From the human T2T-CHM13v2.0 reference genome, Homo sapiens: a DNA stretch of 64,000 bases. The translations under genes and the position numbers were made by a program. The notes below the pieces were generated by a model that was given only the letters and a program-made list of their open reading frames with translations, had not been told where the DNA came from and searched no databases. The stretch lies in assembly GCF_009914755.1 (NCBI RefSeq), contig NC_060939.1. One strand, written 5' to 3'. Position 1 is the first letter of the stretch. Every line of letters starts with the position of its first letter. Positions 48,379-64,000 of the stretch are shown here, piece by piece.

Positions 48379-49629
48379 CTAGGAAACCCGCAAACACAGC
48401 AGAGTGAGCAGAGGGAAAAAGACTCCTAGGAAGCCAGCTGGCCTCCTGCTGGACCTGCACAGCCGGTTCAAGGTCAACTGACCAGGGAATGCCAGGATGT
48501 GGCAGTGGTCACAGTGAAGAGGATGCATCCCCTCCCACCGAGTTCCCACGACAGGCCCCTCACTGGACTGGACATTCTTCATTTCAGCAACGTCCTCAGT
48601 GACGATGCTTATCATCACCCCAAAGCTCAAGAAAGTGGGTTCCCAACCACAGATGGAGGACTGGGCTCCTCTGCTCCCTTCTAGCGCTTCCCTCCTGCCC
48701 TGAACTGGAGGGAAACAGGTCCATGTGTGCATTCCACCTTTGACAGCCACCACAGTACATCTTACCAGGATGGATCAGCACCCCCACCTGGGGTCTCAAG
48801 CCTCAGTCGCAGGCTGGGCTGCTCACCTGCCTTCCCCTCACTGCAGTCTCCATCCCAGCCCCTCCTCCACGGGCCCTGGCTGGGATGTAACTGCAGGAAA
48901 TCAAAAATTCCCTGGACTACAACTTCCTGTTTGGAGGGGACAGAAATCAAGGAAACCACCACCCCTTTGGAGCTGGACATGGGGGATCTCAGGTATCAGA
49001 CCACTGAGCAACCCACCGCCAGGCTGCAGGCTTTCAGAGGCCCACCTGGGCCCAGCGTGGCCTGCCCCAGGGTGGGCTCCCAGCGCAACTGCAGGCATCC
49101 TCTAGTGGGGCCTCTGGTAACCCTAGCAGATGGTGGTGACCCCCCTGAGATGAGGAAGCTGGTGACCTGAGACTGAGCAGCAGCCTATGGGCTCCGGGTC
49201 AAGTGCTATTCCCAGCGGATGCCCTTCCCCTGCGCCAGTCCCTCCTTCCTGAGTGTCCAGCCCCCAATGCAAACAGCAACCCCAGGCTCTGAAACTACTT
49301 TTTTTCTTAGAAAAAGCAAAACAAAACATAAAACTTGTTTCTGATTATGAAAAGCTGTATGTGTTCTCATTGTTGAAAATACAGGAAACAATAAAAGGAA
49401 CAAAAATCACCCATAATCCCATTACCAGAGAGAACCACTTGGTAACATCTTGGATGGGTTTTCTTTCAGCATTTTTTTTCTAGCAATAGTTTTTCTAAAA
49501 ACTATTGCATAGTTTTTAGGTCAGTCTTTGATATCAGAAGAATTGGGTACTAATCCTGATGCCATCATTGGCTCAAGAACTTAATGGATGTAAACCTTGA
49601 TCTTTGCTTGTAAAATGGAGTTAGGAGAA

Positions 49630-49928
<299 letters not shown>

Positions 49929-50290
49929 GGTTAGGAGAATGCCTACTTCATAGGGTTTTTGGAGCTAAGCACATGACAAATACTCAACAAAGGGAAATGT
50001 TCCTATAAAGCAACATGGGATCGCTGTCAGCGCGATTTTTCTCTGGGTTTGGTAAGTCTGTTGGAACGCCTAGATCCCGAGGTCTGTGAGATGGGGTATC
50101 ACTGGTTGCTATGAGGATTCCAGGAAGCCCAAGTGAGGTACGGCACTCCTGGTCTGGGGCTGCCACAGCTGGATCCCCAGGAGGCCTCCCTGCCACCTGC
50201 CCCTCAAACTGCTGAGCTTTTCACACCTCTACTGTCTGCACCCACCTGCTGGGCCCCTCCCCTCTCCCCGTTGTTCCCACCACCACTCAC

Positions 50291-50431
50291 CTATCCCGTG
50301 GGTCTGCAGGTGCCGCTGCACCTCCCCTGGCGTCGGGCTGGCCCCCAGGCACCTCATGGCCACCATGAGGTCGGTGGCTTTTATCTTCCCCCTCTGCTGC
50401 TTGTCATACAGGGAGAAGCATTCCTTGTACT
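50291..50431 (-). CDS. CALML4: CALML4 exon 3
   Basis: gtgcag acceptor and gtgagt donor; 141 nt; (E)YKECFSLYDKQQRGKIKATDLMVAMRCLGASPTPGEVQRHLQTHGI. Confidence 0.96.
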
Positions 50432-50564
50432 CTGCACACAGCCCAGAGGGAGGGTCAGCAGCGTCTGGTCACTCTCCGCCCATGCCGCCCTCCCCATCCT
50501 TAGTCTCTTCTCCCTCTTTTCCCCTTCCTTTTGCCTACTCCCTCCATCCCTCTCTCCCCTCCCA

Positions 50565-50750
50565 AGGGTGCTAGATACAGCAAATGAAAATACAGGACTG
50601 CCAAGTTAAACCGAATTCAGATAAACACTGAATATACTTTTATTGTATGCCCCAAATTTTGCATAGGACATATGCTTCTATTGGAAAAGTATTTGTTGTT
50701 TGTCTGAAATTCTAATTTAACTGGGTGTCCTGTATTTTATCTGGCTCCCC
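50565..50750. mobile_element. MER53 palindromic hAT MITE
   Basis: AAAATACAGGAC...AGTTAAA...TTCAGATAAACA mirrored by TGTTTGTCTGAA...TTTAACT...GTCCTGTATTTT. Confidence 0.85.
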
Positions 50751-53073
50751 TTCCCTTTCTCCCTACTCCCTCCCTTCCTTCTCCCTCCCCCTCCCCGCCA
50801 ACCCACAGGACTGGAACTCCCAGGACAGTGCCCCTCCAGGGCCCACAGGGGAGAGCAGGAACCCACAGCAAGGCGTCCAGACCCCCAGGGGACCTCTGCA
50901 AACACAACTTTTCTGGACAATGGGAATAATAAGGCCTCAGGATTACTGTGAGAGCCAGAAATCCCAGGAGGCCTGCCAGAGAGTGGCCTTCATATGATGA
51001 TATTATCATCATCATCAGAGCTGGGGCATTTCTGAGCCTATTGCCCCTGCCCTGGCCTCCAGGCTGCTAAACCCTCAAGCTGTCCTTGGACTCGGGCCCT
51101 GGTCCTGTTCTTAGAGACTTCAAAGGGTCCTGCTGGGAAATTCTCCCAGGGTCTGAAGCCCTTTCTCCTTCGGTACTTGGTGGAGGTGGAAGGCAGCCGG
51201 AGCTAGCTCCCCTAAACCCACAGACTCCCGGCCTGACACAGCCATCCCACGGGCTCCCGGCCCTGGGAGGCCCAGGAAGGCCAGCTGGGAGTTCAGGAAA
51301 AGTCCCTGAACCGCACTGACTGAGCATCTGATTTAGGGGTAGGTGGGGCTGCCATCAGGACAGGGAGATTCTCGTCCAGCCCAGACGAGGCACCCGGGCC
51401 TGTGGGTGGAGCCGTGGAAACACAGTGGCCTGGCGCTGGCCCTCCCAGGCTGGGGCTCAGGGCTCTGTTCTCTCTCCTGCTTCTCACACCACCCAGGTAG
51501 GTCCTTAGAGGCCTGGACAATAATAGCCCCTTAGCTGATGACAGCAACAATGACAATTCACGTTGCTGAGCACTCCACCCCCAGGCCCTCGCTTCATCCC
51601 CACAACCCTGTGATGCGCCCCCTCATATTCCCATGTGCGGACAGGACATTGAGGGCTGGAACACTGAGAGCCTGGCTGTGGGCAGCTCTGCCCACCAGGC
51701 CACACTGCCTTCGGTTCCAGGGCAGACACCACTGAGAGCAGTAGGGTGAGGGAGAGGATGCAGAAGGAGCCCCCCAAATCCCCAGCCCAGACCAGGGGTC
51801 CCTTCATATTCCCTAATGAAGGCACTCAGGCCTCCCTGGTAGGATTTCAGGGGGGTCACTAAAGACAGGCAGATCGCCATGTACCATTTAGAGACAAATT
51901 CGCGGCCTTTGTGGAGAGACTGAGAGGAAAGCCCCAGCCCCGCACAACTGCCCTTTCAGAACATTCCAGAGCCTGAGCTTCCGAAGGGGCAAACCAAAGT
52001 CAGGACCAGGTGGCAGGGGCCAAAAAGGCCCAGGGGAAGCAGGGCCAGAGCCTGGCCTAAGACCCCAGGTTTAGTTCCCATAAAACCCAATTGCCTGCAA
52101 GAGGGCCCAGTGCCAGAGGGGACAATGCCATCACCTCACGTCAGGGGGACAGAGAGAGGACTGCCCCAATCACAGAGCTTAACCTTAGCACTACAGGGGG
52201 TACCCCTGGGGACCTCTCATGGCCACCCTCACCTTGTCTTTCTGTCTGGGTTTGCCCTTGGGTGAGGGTGGGCCCAAGGCCCACTGCTCTCCCTGCCTGA
52301 CCTGTGCTGGAAGGTGCTCATCACACCCTTGGGGTCCAGAATCAGCCTGGATCTGCAGATGGGGGCACTTCACTACTCCCCGACAAGCCCTGTCAGTCAC
52401 TGGGGGCCTGTGGTCCTTGCCAGCAGCAGGGCCAGGGCTCAAATAGAGGCCCACCTCCTCACAAACCTTCACATCAGATACGTGCTGTCTCCCTGCCTCA
52501 GACGCCTTTAAAGACCTGGAAGGCCACATCTGAACTTTGCATTCCTGCACTGGAACAAGACAACAGGGTGCTGGAGACCCAGCTGGGCTTCCTGCTGGCC
52601 CCTTCCTCCACCATCTCTTCACTCTCCCTCCTCACCTCCTGGCTCTCCTTCCTGCTTTTTCTCCTGACAGGTCGGCCCTCTAACATACTAGCACATATAT
52701 TTCACCACGTTCCCCTCCCTCGATGGTGACCCCCTGTGAGGAAGGGATTTTTGTCTTTGAGTTCACTGTTGTATGTAGCTCCAGGCACAAAGAAGGGACA
52801 CAAACATTTGTTGAATGAAAGGATTAATTGGGTTAAATGAATTGGATTAAAAATCCCCTTTAAGTCTTCTCTTTGAAAATGCAAATCCCCCAGGACAAGA
52901 AAGAGACCTGTGCAAGGCCTAGGATAACACCAGCTGTGCTGGATGTTTAACCACCAGCTCTGATCATAAATGTACTTGTGTCCTCTGCACTGTACAAACA
53001 TAAAGGATGTGTAGCACACAATTTACAAATAATACAGAAATGTACACTATTCTTTATTATAAATTCCATCTAG

Positions 53074-53998
<925 letters not shown>

Positions 53999-55869
53999 CA
54001 AGTTTTGCCAACTCTTATATCCATTGCCAACCTATAGTTTCGATTCAACCATGATTTGACAAATGAAGCTGCGCGCCAATGAGTGCGATTCTTTTTCCAA
54101 TGAATGAATGGTCATTAAACCTGATGTGATCTACTGTTAAACTATTTCTCACCCTTTTACCAAATACATTCATTAAATTGAAACTTCTTTCAAATCTCCA
54201 TCTCCACTGATCACAATAGGGCTGTCTTTTTAACTTTTTGTACAGATAGATGTAGGGATTGACACACTGTTTGATCCTACATTATTTAATAATGGCTGGC
54301 TTTAACATCCTGCTTGCAAAATTCCTAAAACTATGGCTCTTGCTAGCTGTAGTGAGCCAGCCCCAGCCCACATGTGGGTGACACCTGGCTATGCCTGGCC
54401 CAGCGTCCAGCATGTAACTGACATTATTCCCCTCTGTCCGTGGCTCGCAGCAGCCTGGTAAGGTGGCATATCCTACTTCATAGGTGAGAAAACCGAGGCT
54501 CAAGGGTGATTAGGCTTCAGGTCTGCTGCCTCCAAAGCCCCTGTTCTTCCCACTTCGCTAGGCCACCCCATCCAGTCTTTCACACACTCATTAAACACTG
54601 GTGGCCACTTTCTTGGTGTCAGATACTGGGATACAAAGACAATTTACCTTCTTCCCTTCTGGGAGCTTTGGCTATCCCAGGAGGGAGGGTCAGTGAGCCT
54701 CAAAACCAGGCATGGGTGGGAGGATGCTGAGGCTGAAGGCTGGACTCCAGCCCTCAGTCCACCATTCATTATCACCGTTAGACCTGGACAAGAGGGCACT
54801 GCCCCGGGCCCTGTGTTTTAAAAGTCCCTGCTCCTGCCCTGGCCCTCCTCTTGGGATAAAGAGTTCCAGGGTTCTACGTGGAGGTGCCCACCTGGAGCTC
54901 ACAATTCCTGCCCCTCTGGACCAAGCTCAGAATACCCAGAACTCTGGAACTCCTGCCCAGGTAACCCTAACCCCACTTGGCTGGGCTCTCAGGACCCTAC
55001 CCTGGATCACAAGGGCCCAAGGTGCCTGTAATTTTATCTCCAGTGGTCAGCGAAGGACTCACTGAGAAGGCGATGTTTCAGCAAAGACCTGGAGGAATGG
55101 GATGCCTCGGGGGACTCTCAGGCCCATTGACGTCCACTGTTGGGACAGGTTTCAGGGTCACAACCTCAAGCAGCAGCTGGCTGTGCCTCCTGGGCCTCTC
55201 CTGCCAGGTGCAGGGGGGCTGCAGCCATGAGGCTCCCCTGGCTCAGGTCTGGGCCCCCAAGTTCTTTGTAACGCAACTCTTTGCTCTTGGCCTTCTGGAA
55301 ATAGAACCCTGCACGGTGTGAAACTGAAGCCTGGTCGAGGGCTGGCAGAGTAGGGGACCCAGGGAATAAAGTGCTCACGCCCAAACCAGGCTTGATGCCA
55401 GGGCAAAGGGGGCTCAGTGGACCCTCCATTTTACAGATAGGGAGACTGAGGCGCAGAGAGTAGACGCATCCTGCCAGAGAGTGCAGACCTGGCCTCTGTT
55501 CTGTCTCAATTACAAAGCCCCTCCTCTTTCCCTGCTGCCAGCCATACCTTTAATGGTCTCTCTCTCCATCCCCAGTCCCCTCAGTCCCCAAATCCAACTG
55601 GTCAGGTTCTGGAGGGAAACCTAGTAAGTTCTGTCTTAGCGCCCTGGCTTGTAAGTCACACTGACAAGTATAAAGCCACATGTCTATTTTGGAGGCTTAC
55701 CCCCAACCCCCACCCCGCCAACAGCAGCCTCCCCGCAGCTCTTGGCCCTGGGTGGGCCCAGCTCTCCCACAGCCACCTTCCTTCCCACCAAGAAAACATG
55801 AGCAGAGCAAATTGCCTAATGAGACCCATATTTTGCTGAGTTGCTAATCAAAGAACAAACCCAACCTAC

Positions 55870-55900
55870 CATTAATTTGGTCTTGGGAAAGAAACTTGGC
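55870..55900 (-). CDS. CALML4: CALML4 exon 2 (31 nt)
   Basis: ctgcag acceptor and gtaggt donor; AKFLSQDQIN; same size as exon 2 of the vertebrate calmodulin genes. Confidence 0.94.
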
Positions 55901-55993
55901 CTGCAGCAGAGAAAGGAAAACAGTCAGGGGAGGGCTCCACCTGAGGTTCACGCCCCCAGCCCTGGCCAGGCCGACACAGACCCTCACACTCAC

Positions 55994-56125
55994 CATTCTG
56001 GGGCCTCGGCTGCTACCCGTGGGCTTGCTGCTCCCAGAACCGCGTTCAGTTCCCTTTCCTCCAGCCTCAAGTCTAAAGTCTGCCAAGCTGGGTGGAGGCC
56101 CGGGTAATAAATGCTCGGCTGCCAT
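55994..56125 (-). CDS. CALML4: CALML4 exon 1 coding part: upstream ATG (196-aa form) or terminal ATG at 55996-55994 (153-aa form)
   Basis: MAAEHLLPGPPPSLADFRLEAGGKGTERGSGSSKPTGSSRGPRM ends at ATG|gtgagt; 3+31+141+189+98 = 462 nt = 153 aa plus stop. Confidence 0.85.
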
Positions 56126-56529
56126 GGAGACTGGGCCCGACGCCACCAGGGTCAGATTCCAGCTTCCTGAGCACAGCTCATGACCCGCCACCTGGGCAGG
56201 TTGGATTTTTGAGGAAATGGGGCTGCAGAAGGCTCTCCCTGGGCTCAGAGTCTCTGCCTCCAGAAGCCGAAGCAAAGGGACAAATGCCAGTGTTTCTTCC
56301 CGGGAGCCCTGGACTCCAGGAAGGGGTCTTCTCTCTCTCTCCTGGGACTCGGCGGGGATGCCATCAGGCCCCTACTAGAGTTGGACACTTTACACCCCGG
56401 GTCGTATTGAAGGCTCCTCACACACCATCTTGTAGGAGGAAGGGAACCCTTCCAAGACGGCCTAACTCAGAGATGGGCACCGGGGCTCGCAGGCTTGGGG
56501 CTCGGTATTGCAGGGATACAAGCTTCGGT

Positions 56530-56690
56530 GCTCTCAGGCTGGGATTCAGTCCTCCCCGTCTGCTGACTTGCTGAGTGACTGGCGAATCATTCTACCTCAG
56601 TCTGTGCCTCAGTTTCCTCACCAGCTGAATTACAGGGCAGCTGGCAAAATCAAGTGGCCAGCGCACAGCCGGTTCCCAGCCTGTGCCAGT
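56530..56690 (+). mobile_element. MIR upstream of CALML4 exon 1
   Basis: CTGGGATTCAGTCCTC...GCTGAGTGACTGGCGAATCATTCTACCTCAGTCTGTGCCTCAGTTTCCTCA. Confidence 0.7.
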
Positions 56691-57739
56691 TCAGTTCCCA
56701 CCTTCTGAGGACTTTAAGGGTGGTGGAGGGGCCTGAGCCGGGTCTCCAGCCCCACCACAGGCTCCTCGGGGGCTTGGAGTGAGGCCTCTTAGTGCCGGTT
56801 ACCCTGGCCAGGAAGGCTCCCCTTTTCTTCCTTCCCTTCCTCTCTCCACCCTCAGCCCCACCCCTTCCGCAGAAGCTGCTGACGCTCCCAAGTCTTCAGG
56901 AGTTCGTGCTGCTCCCCTCCCCCACATAGGAGGAAATGGGGGCAGGGTGTGAGGCCTCCCCAGCTTCTTCCCCTTGAGATCCCATTTCCCTGTTTGGGGC
57001 GTGAGGCTTTTGTCCACAGCTGAGTCTATGAGGCTCTACAAGTAGGTGTGGCTGCACAGGTGTGCCCTACACAAAGGCCCCCAGCCCAGGTGCGAGTGGT
57101 TGCTGGCCAGGGGCTGCACTGCCAATAGGAAGGGGGGCATTGTGCCACTTTGCACACAGGCGCATAGACGGGAGGCGCTGCCTGTGCCCCACTCTCCCCT
57201 CCCCGCTCCTTTCCTGACCGCCTCTGTGTGGAAAGTGTGCTTTTCTCCCAAATCACATCCCCAGAATCGCTTTACACCTGTTTCTAGACCCAGAGAATTT
57301 TAGCTGGGGACTCCGACTCCTCCCTGTCAGAGTTTGAGGCTCCCCCTCCCAAACCCCATGGCAGGGATAAGAGGAGGGAAGGCTGCCTCTGTGCAGAGGA
57401 TGGAGAGAAGGACATCAAGGAAAGTCACTTGGGACTCTGGAAGCCTGAAGGCGGCCAGGCCAACATGCTCCCTCTGAATCCCCTTGCCTGTGGGAAGGGG
57501 CTCCAGAAGAGATGAGGTGCCTCCTTGGAGTTAGGCCAGTGTGTGCTGGGGTGCCCCGGCCAACTCCCTCCTTATGTGTGTAGGTGTCTCCGGGGGTGAC
57601 GCACAGATGGAAAACACCAGCGTGGGGCAATGGCTGCGTGAGGGTTCACGATACAGCAACTCACCATGCTGTAGGGCGCACCGTGTGTGCTACACCTCAG
57701 CACGAAAGGGAGAAAAGACAAAAAACACCTCCAACACCA

Positions 57740-58884
57740 CTTGGGGCTGTGACTGTATTTACTTCATTCTTGAATCCCGCGTCCCCGTGGCTGGGGGCTG
57801 ACACATCCCTGGGCACCACTGTGACTTCCTGTGGGTCCCTTCCCTTCTGTCCCTGACTCTGTAGACCCCCCACAGGAAGGGTCCTAGGTAGGGGGAGGTT
57901 CCTCCTCCCTTGAAACCCTGGGCCACTCTGTCAAGGCAAAGCCTCTGGGCCCAGCACCTTGTAAAGGCTTTGATGAGAGGAGCTCTGGCTTTTGCTCAGG
58001 GCCTTTGGCACCCCACCCTCCAGCCCCCAGGAATGCAGGCGCTCAAAGCCTGTGGCTAGGCTGCCCGAAGCACGTGCCGCAGTTCTTCTGGAGTGGGAGC
58101 AGGGGGACAGAGCTTTGGGTAGAGGAGGGTCACCTGCAAAGCTGGAATGCCAGGGGAGTGGGCGGTGCCTCCAGCTCCTGGGGGCCAGGGTGTCTCCATA
58201 CCTCATGGGCCTGAGCCTGGGCAGGGGTCTGGAGTGCACATAGCCCCCAGGCAGGGAGAGGGCAGTGACAGGACAGAGCCACTCATCTGTCCCAAAGCTG
58301 CACCCAAGGGGTGTCAGCAACCCCAACCTACTGACCTACTTTGGGACCACAGGCCCATCTAGTGCAAATGAGGCCCAGAAAGGAGAAATGCTTTGCTCAA
58401 CAGCCACAGTAGGCTGACGTAACCTATGTAATGTAGGGTCAGGGTGGGCCTGAGGGATGAGCCAGGTGGTGGGCAGGTGACACACCAGGTCCCCTCCTGG
58501 CCTCTGCCCCACCCAGCCCTCTCCTGCACGGCTACCAGAAGATGTCCGGGAAGAACAGACTAGCCCTGAGTAGGGAGTGTGGTCAGGTGCAGAGGAGGGC
58601 AGGGGCCCGGATCCTGGCCCAGAAACACTCTAAAACAGAATCCGATCCTGAGATGATCCAAATCAAACAGAAACTTGACGGAAATAGTAGAGTCTGAAAA
58701 TGATGCACTCTGCGCACACATATACAAGACACACACACACACACGAATCCACGCACACGAGGCACACCCCACTCATGCTCTCGGTCTCTGGTTACACACC
58801 CACACCCCCCCTACTCCTGTATTCAGATGCCCTCCATGGCCCACCCTCCCACCCAGCAGAGCGCCAGAGCCTGGTGCCAGGGAC
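57740..58884 (-). other. CLN6: CLN6 3'UTR
   Basis: Lies between the stop codon and the AGTAAA/GU-rich site; includes a GT-rich tract at ~58715-58810. Confidence 0.7.
57758..57763 (-). terminator. CLN6: Likely CLN6 poly(A) signal, variant hexamer AGTAAA
   Basis: TTTACT on +; followed on - by a GU-rich element GTGGTGTTGGAGGTGTTTTTGT; I saw no AATAAA or ATTAAA on - between the stop and here. Confidence 0.7.
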
Positions 58885-59460
<576 letters not shown>

Positions 59461-60380
59461 AGAGGAGAAAGCAACAAACAATTGCCATTACGACGGCAGC
59501 CACCCCCGCGGCAGGATGCCGGGGTAAGAACCAGCAGGAAGCGCTCCCCTAACGTCTTTCCCGCTCACTGTAGCTGCCACCCATTCTTTTTAATCCCCAG
59601 AGAGCATACAGATGAGCCCCAGTGGGCCATCTCAGCCACATAGGGGACAGGCCGGGGAGAGGATCTAGAGCTGGCCCAGGAAAGGAGGCCCTTTTCATTT
59701 TGAGGGAGGCCTCCCATCAGAGAAGGGTCCAGTCCTGCCCCGACCCTGTCCTTCCCATGATACCCACAATCCCAGGGTGACCTGTCTCCAGGGCAGAAGT
59801 GACAGACGAGGGCTAGGAGACTGGCTGAGGCCTAAGTCCTCTGCAATGGGAAGAAGAGAGAGCCAGAGGGAACAAAGACCCAAGGCCAGAAGCCCCTACG
59901 CCATGAAACCCCCCAGTCTGGCCTCGCCATAGTGCTTTACATTTGACAAAGCCCCTCTCTGTCCTCAGCATCCTCATCATCTGAGAGGCAGACAGGCAGG
60001 TACCATCATCCCCACTTCACAGAGGTGGAAACCGCAGCCCACTACAGGGCTTGGTGTCGGAGGTGGATTGTACCGGCCCCAGGGCAACACTGGGGTTCTT
60101 GAGATGGGGCACAGAGTGAGAGGGGCTTGAGGATGGAGACAGACTGTGCAACCTCGCCCTCTCCTCCCACCTCCCTGCCACACCCAGGCCTGGGCTTCAT
60201 GGAAACAAAGAGGCCACCACAGGGCATTGTCACAGTCCCCACTAGACACAAGAAGAAGCACGGGCCCAAAGAGGGCCAGTCTCCCTGGGGCCACACAGCA
60301 GGTCCATTGGCAAGTGCAGAATTTTGCTGCCGTGGCTCTCTCAGTGCCCCTGCCTCTGCCCCCATGCTGATGTCCACTCA

Positions 60381-60758
<378 letters not shown>

Positions 60759-62006
60759 TCACTCCGTGGGGGTAAGGGGTGTCTGGGGGGTTGTCTGTCT
60801 CATGCACCGCAGACACCAGCAGCCCAGCACCACACTAGCCTGGAGACAGAGGCACCTCCCGGGCTGAGGATGGAGGTCCACATGTTAAAAAAGAGAACAG
60901 CACCTGCAGGGGCCTCTTGGTGAAGCACTGCACCCACTCTCAGCACACAGCCCCACCCCCACCTCAGACACCTCACCCCAAAATACTACCCTCTCCCCTC
61001 TCCACACACCAGCTCCCTTTCTCCCACCTGTGCTTTCACCAGTATACCCGCCTGCCTCTTCTCACCCACACCCCCTTCCTGCTGGGGCTCCAGCTCTCTG
61101 TTCCTAGCCCCTCCACCCTTCCCCAACCTTCTGTGGGAAGAGGCTCTGGCAAAGGCCAGGGAAAGATGGCAGGAGGCCTGTCCAGGGACCCTGGACCAGC
61201 TGAGCCAGGAGGATTGACATCGCAGGGCCCGAAACACCCTGGAAATGCCCGTGCAGGGTGCGTGTGCTGTGAGCACCAACTCAGGAGTGAGCCGGGTCCA
61301 GGGCTGGCCCTCACCTCCCAGCTGCAGCCTTCGGAGCCCTCCTCCCTCTGGCCTCAGTTTCTCCTGGGTAAGATGGGAGGGTGGAACAGATGAAGCCTCC
61401 CAGCCTGGGCCCGGGATCTCCTGAGGCTGAGACCACATTTCTGAGGTCTCCCCCGACTGAGGGACGGGGTAGGTAGGAAAAGGTGCCCCTCTGGGAGTTC
61501 TGAAGAGGGGGGAGCGCAAACAGCACGCCCCTCCCCAGCCTGATCCAGCTGGCTCCCCGCAGCTTCCTCCACTCCCAAAGAGCAGGCCCGACACGGGTGG
61601 GGGTCCCTGGCTGTGCCCCCACTCCCTGCCATCACCATCTGGGGGTTGTTTATCAGGGACGCGTCCTCCTCCCCCACCCTCAGGGCTCAGGCTTGGCGAG
61701 GAAGGACCAAAGCCACTCGCTGCCCTCTGCTGGCCACAGCGGGCACTGAGGGCTGGGCGGGGGTGGCGATGCTGGGGGGATGCTGGCTGGAAGCCGGGGC
61801 CTGGAGCCTGGGACAGCAGCTGGGTCTCCCGGGCAACCTCGGGGACAACTTCACTGGAGGTTGAGCTCACAGTGCCTTTACAGGGGATGAGACTCAACAC
61901 ATGGAGACCCGCAGCCCAGACAGCCTTGCTCAGTGTGTCCCTGAGCCAGTGACAGGGCTAGCCGGTAGTTGGGGCCCCTGGGATAGACAGATGGGCCCAT
62001 CACTCA

Positions 62007-62105
<99 letters not shown>

Positions 62106-62392
62106 TCAGTCCAGGGAGGTGCTGGGGCCCCAAGCATCCCCTCTGACCACCCTTCTCCCAGTCCCAGGCCTCCCCCACTGCCTTATTCCCTACCCGGGGC
62201 CTCGCCTTCTGTTACAGGGGCCCAGGTGGGAGGCAGTCTGTGCACCACTTCCTAAGAACACTTGAGCATCCTAGCTTGGGGCAGGCGACAGTGCCCTCAC
62301 CTAGCAGAATGCCTTTGGTGAAAGGACAGGTGCGGCGAGGGGTGGGGGCCATTTCTTCAGCCTCCCAGGACAGACTGTGCTCCTAGGGCTTA

Positions 62393-62680
<288 letters not shown>

Positions 62681-63180
62681 TCACACCTGGGGTGGGATGG
62701 ACGCTTCCAGCTGGAATGTCACTCCAAAAAGTGGCTGGTCCCTTTAGCAGGCCAGCCCAGCCTCCAGATCCTCCCGTGACCCCTATGAACCCCGGAGGGA
62801 ATGTGGAGCAGCACCCCCCGCTGACTTTACCCAGGGAGCAAAAAGACCAGAGGGCCCAACTCCTTTCCCAAAGTCACACATGAGCTGTAGGCTGGAGGGG
62901 ACAGCCCAGCCTTCAGTGCAGGAGTCCAGGCTCAGGCCCAGCCCTCCCACTGTCCCTGGCTGTGTCCCTGGGTGGCTGGCCCAGCCTGCTGAAGGCACCT
63001 TCTGATTTCTGAGTGGTCCCAGCAAACATGAAGAAAATGTCAGGGATGGGGGCAGGTGCTTCTGAAATGCCACTGTTTAACTGAAAACACACCGGAGTTC
63101 TGGGATTATACCCCTCCTACTTCTGGAGATTTGAAGTATCTTTCTTCAATACAAAATGATGGTGATAGTAAATGGTGATA

Positions 63181-64000
<820 letters not shown>

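Noticed and set aside
57931-58326. 131-aa ORF in the CLN6 3'UTR
   Set aside because: Non-ATG start, no domain, GC-rich chance ORF
60986-61900. 304-aa ORF, the longest in the track
   Set aside because: GTG start, Gly/Pro/Ser-rich, inside GC-rich CLN6 intron 5, no recognisable domain; long open frames are expected by chance at this GC content

Overview
This is primate (almost certainly human, 15q23) genomic DNA, not prokaryotic. The window holds three spliced genes. (1) The last eight coding exons and long 3'UTR of the SUMO E3 ligase PIAS1 on the + strand (4305-38587). (2) The complete calmodulin-like gene CALML4 on the - strand (CDS 56125/55996 to 44765), convergent with PIAS1. (3) The last four exons of CLN6 on the - strand (62608 to 58885), head-to-tail with CALML4. 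I located all exons by GT/AG boundaries, and their phases join into continuous frames. The introns are rich in repeats: about 30 Alus, L1, L2, MIR, an MLT2 LTR and several DNA transposons. Most notable: a near full-length Tigger3/Golem with a dead pogo transposase fills PIAS1's last intron, and an inverted deletion derivative lies upstream. Together they bracket five exons totalling 654 nt (phase 0 to phase 0), a candidate stop-free circRNA or in-frame skip unit. Also notable: overlapping opposite-strand poly(A) signals between PIAS1 and CALML4, a phase-compatible CLN6-CALML4 read-through route, a stop-free 93-nt CALML4 intron, and a 5'-inverted old L1. I found no CRISPR array, RNA gene or unexplained protein-coding system; most ORF-track entries are repeat-derived or chance. 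Repeat boundaries and subfamily names are by eye and approximate. Exon numbers follow my recollection of the standard gene models.
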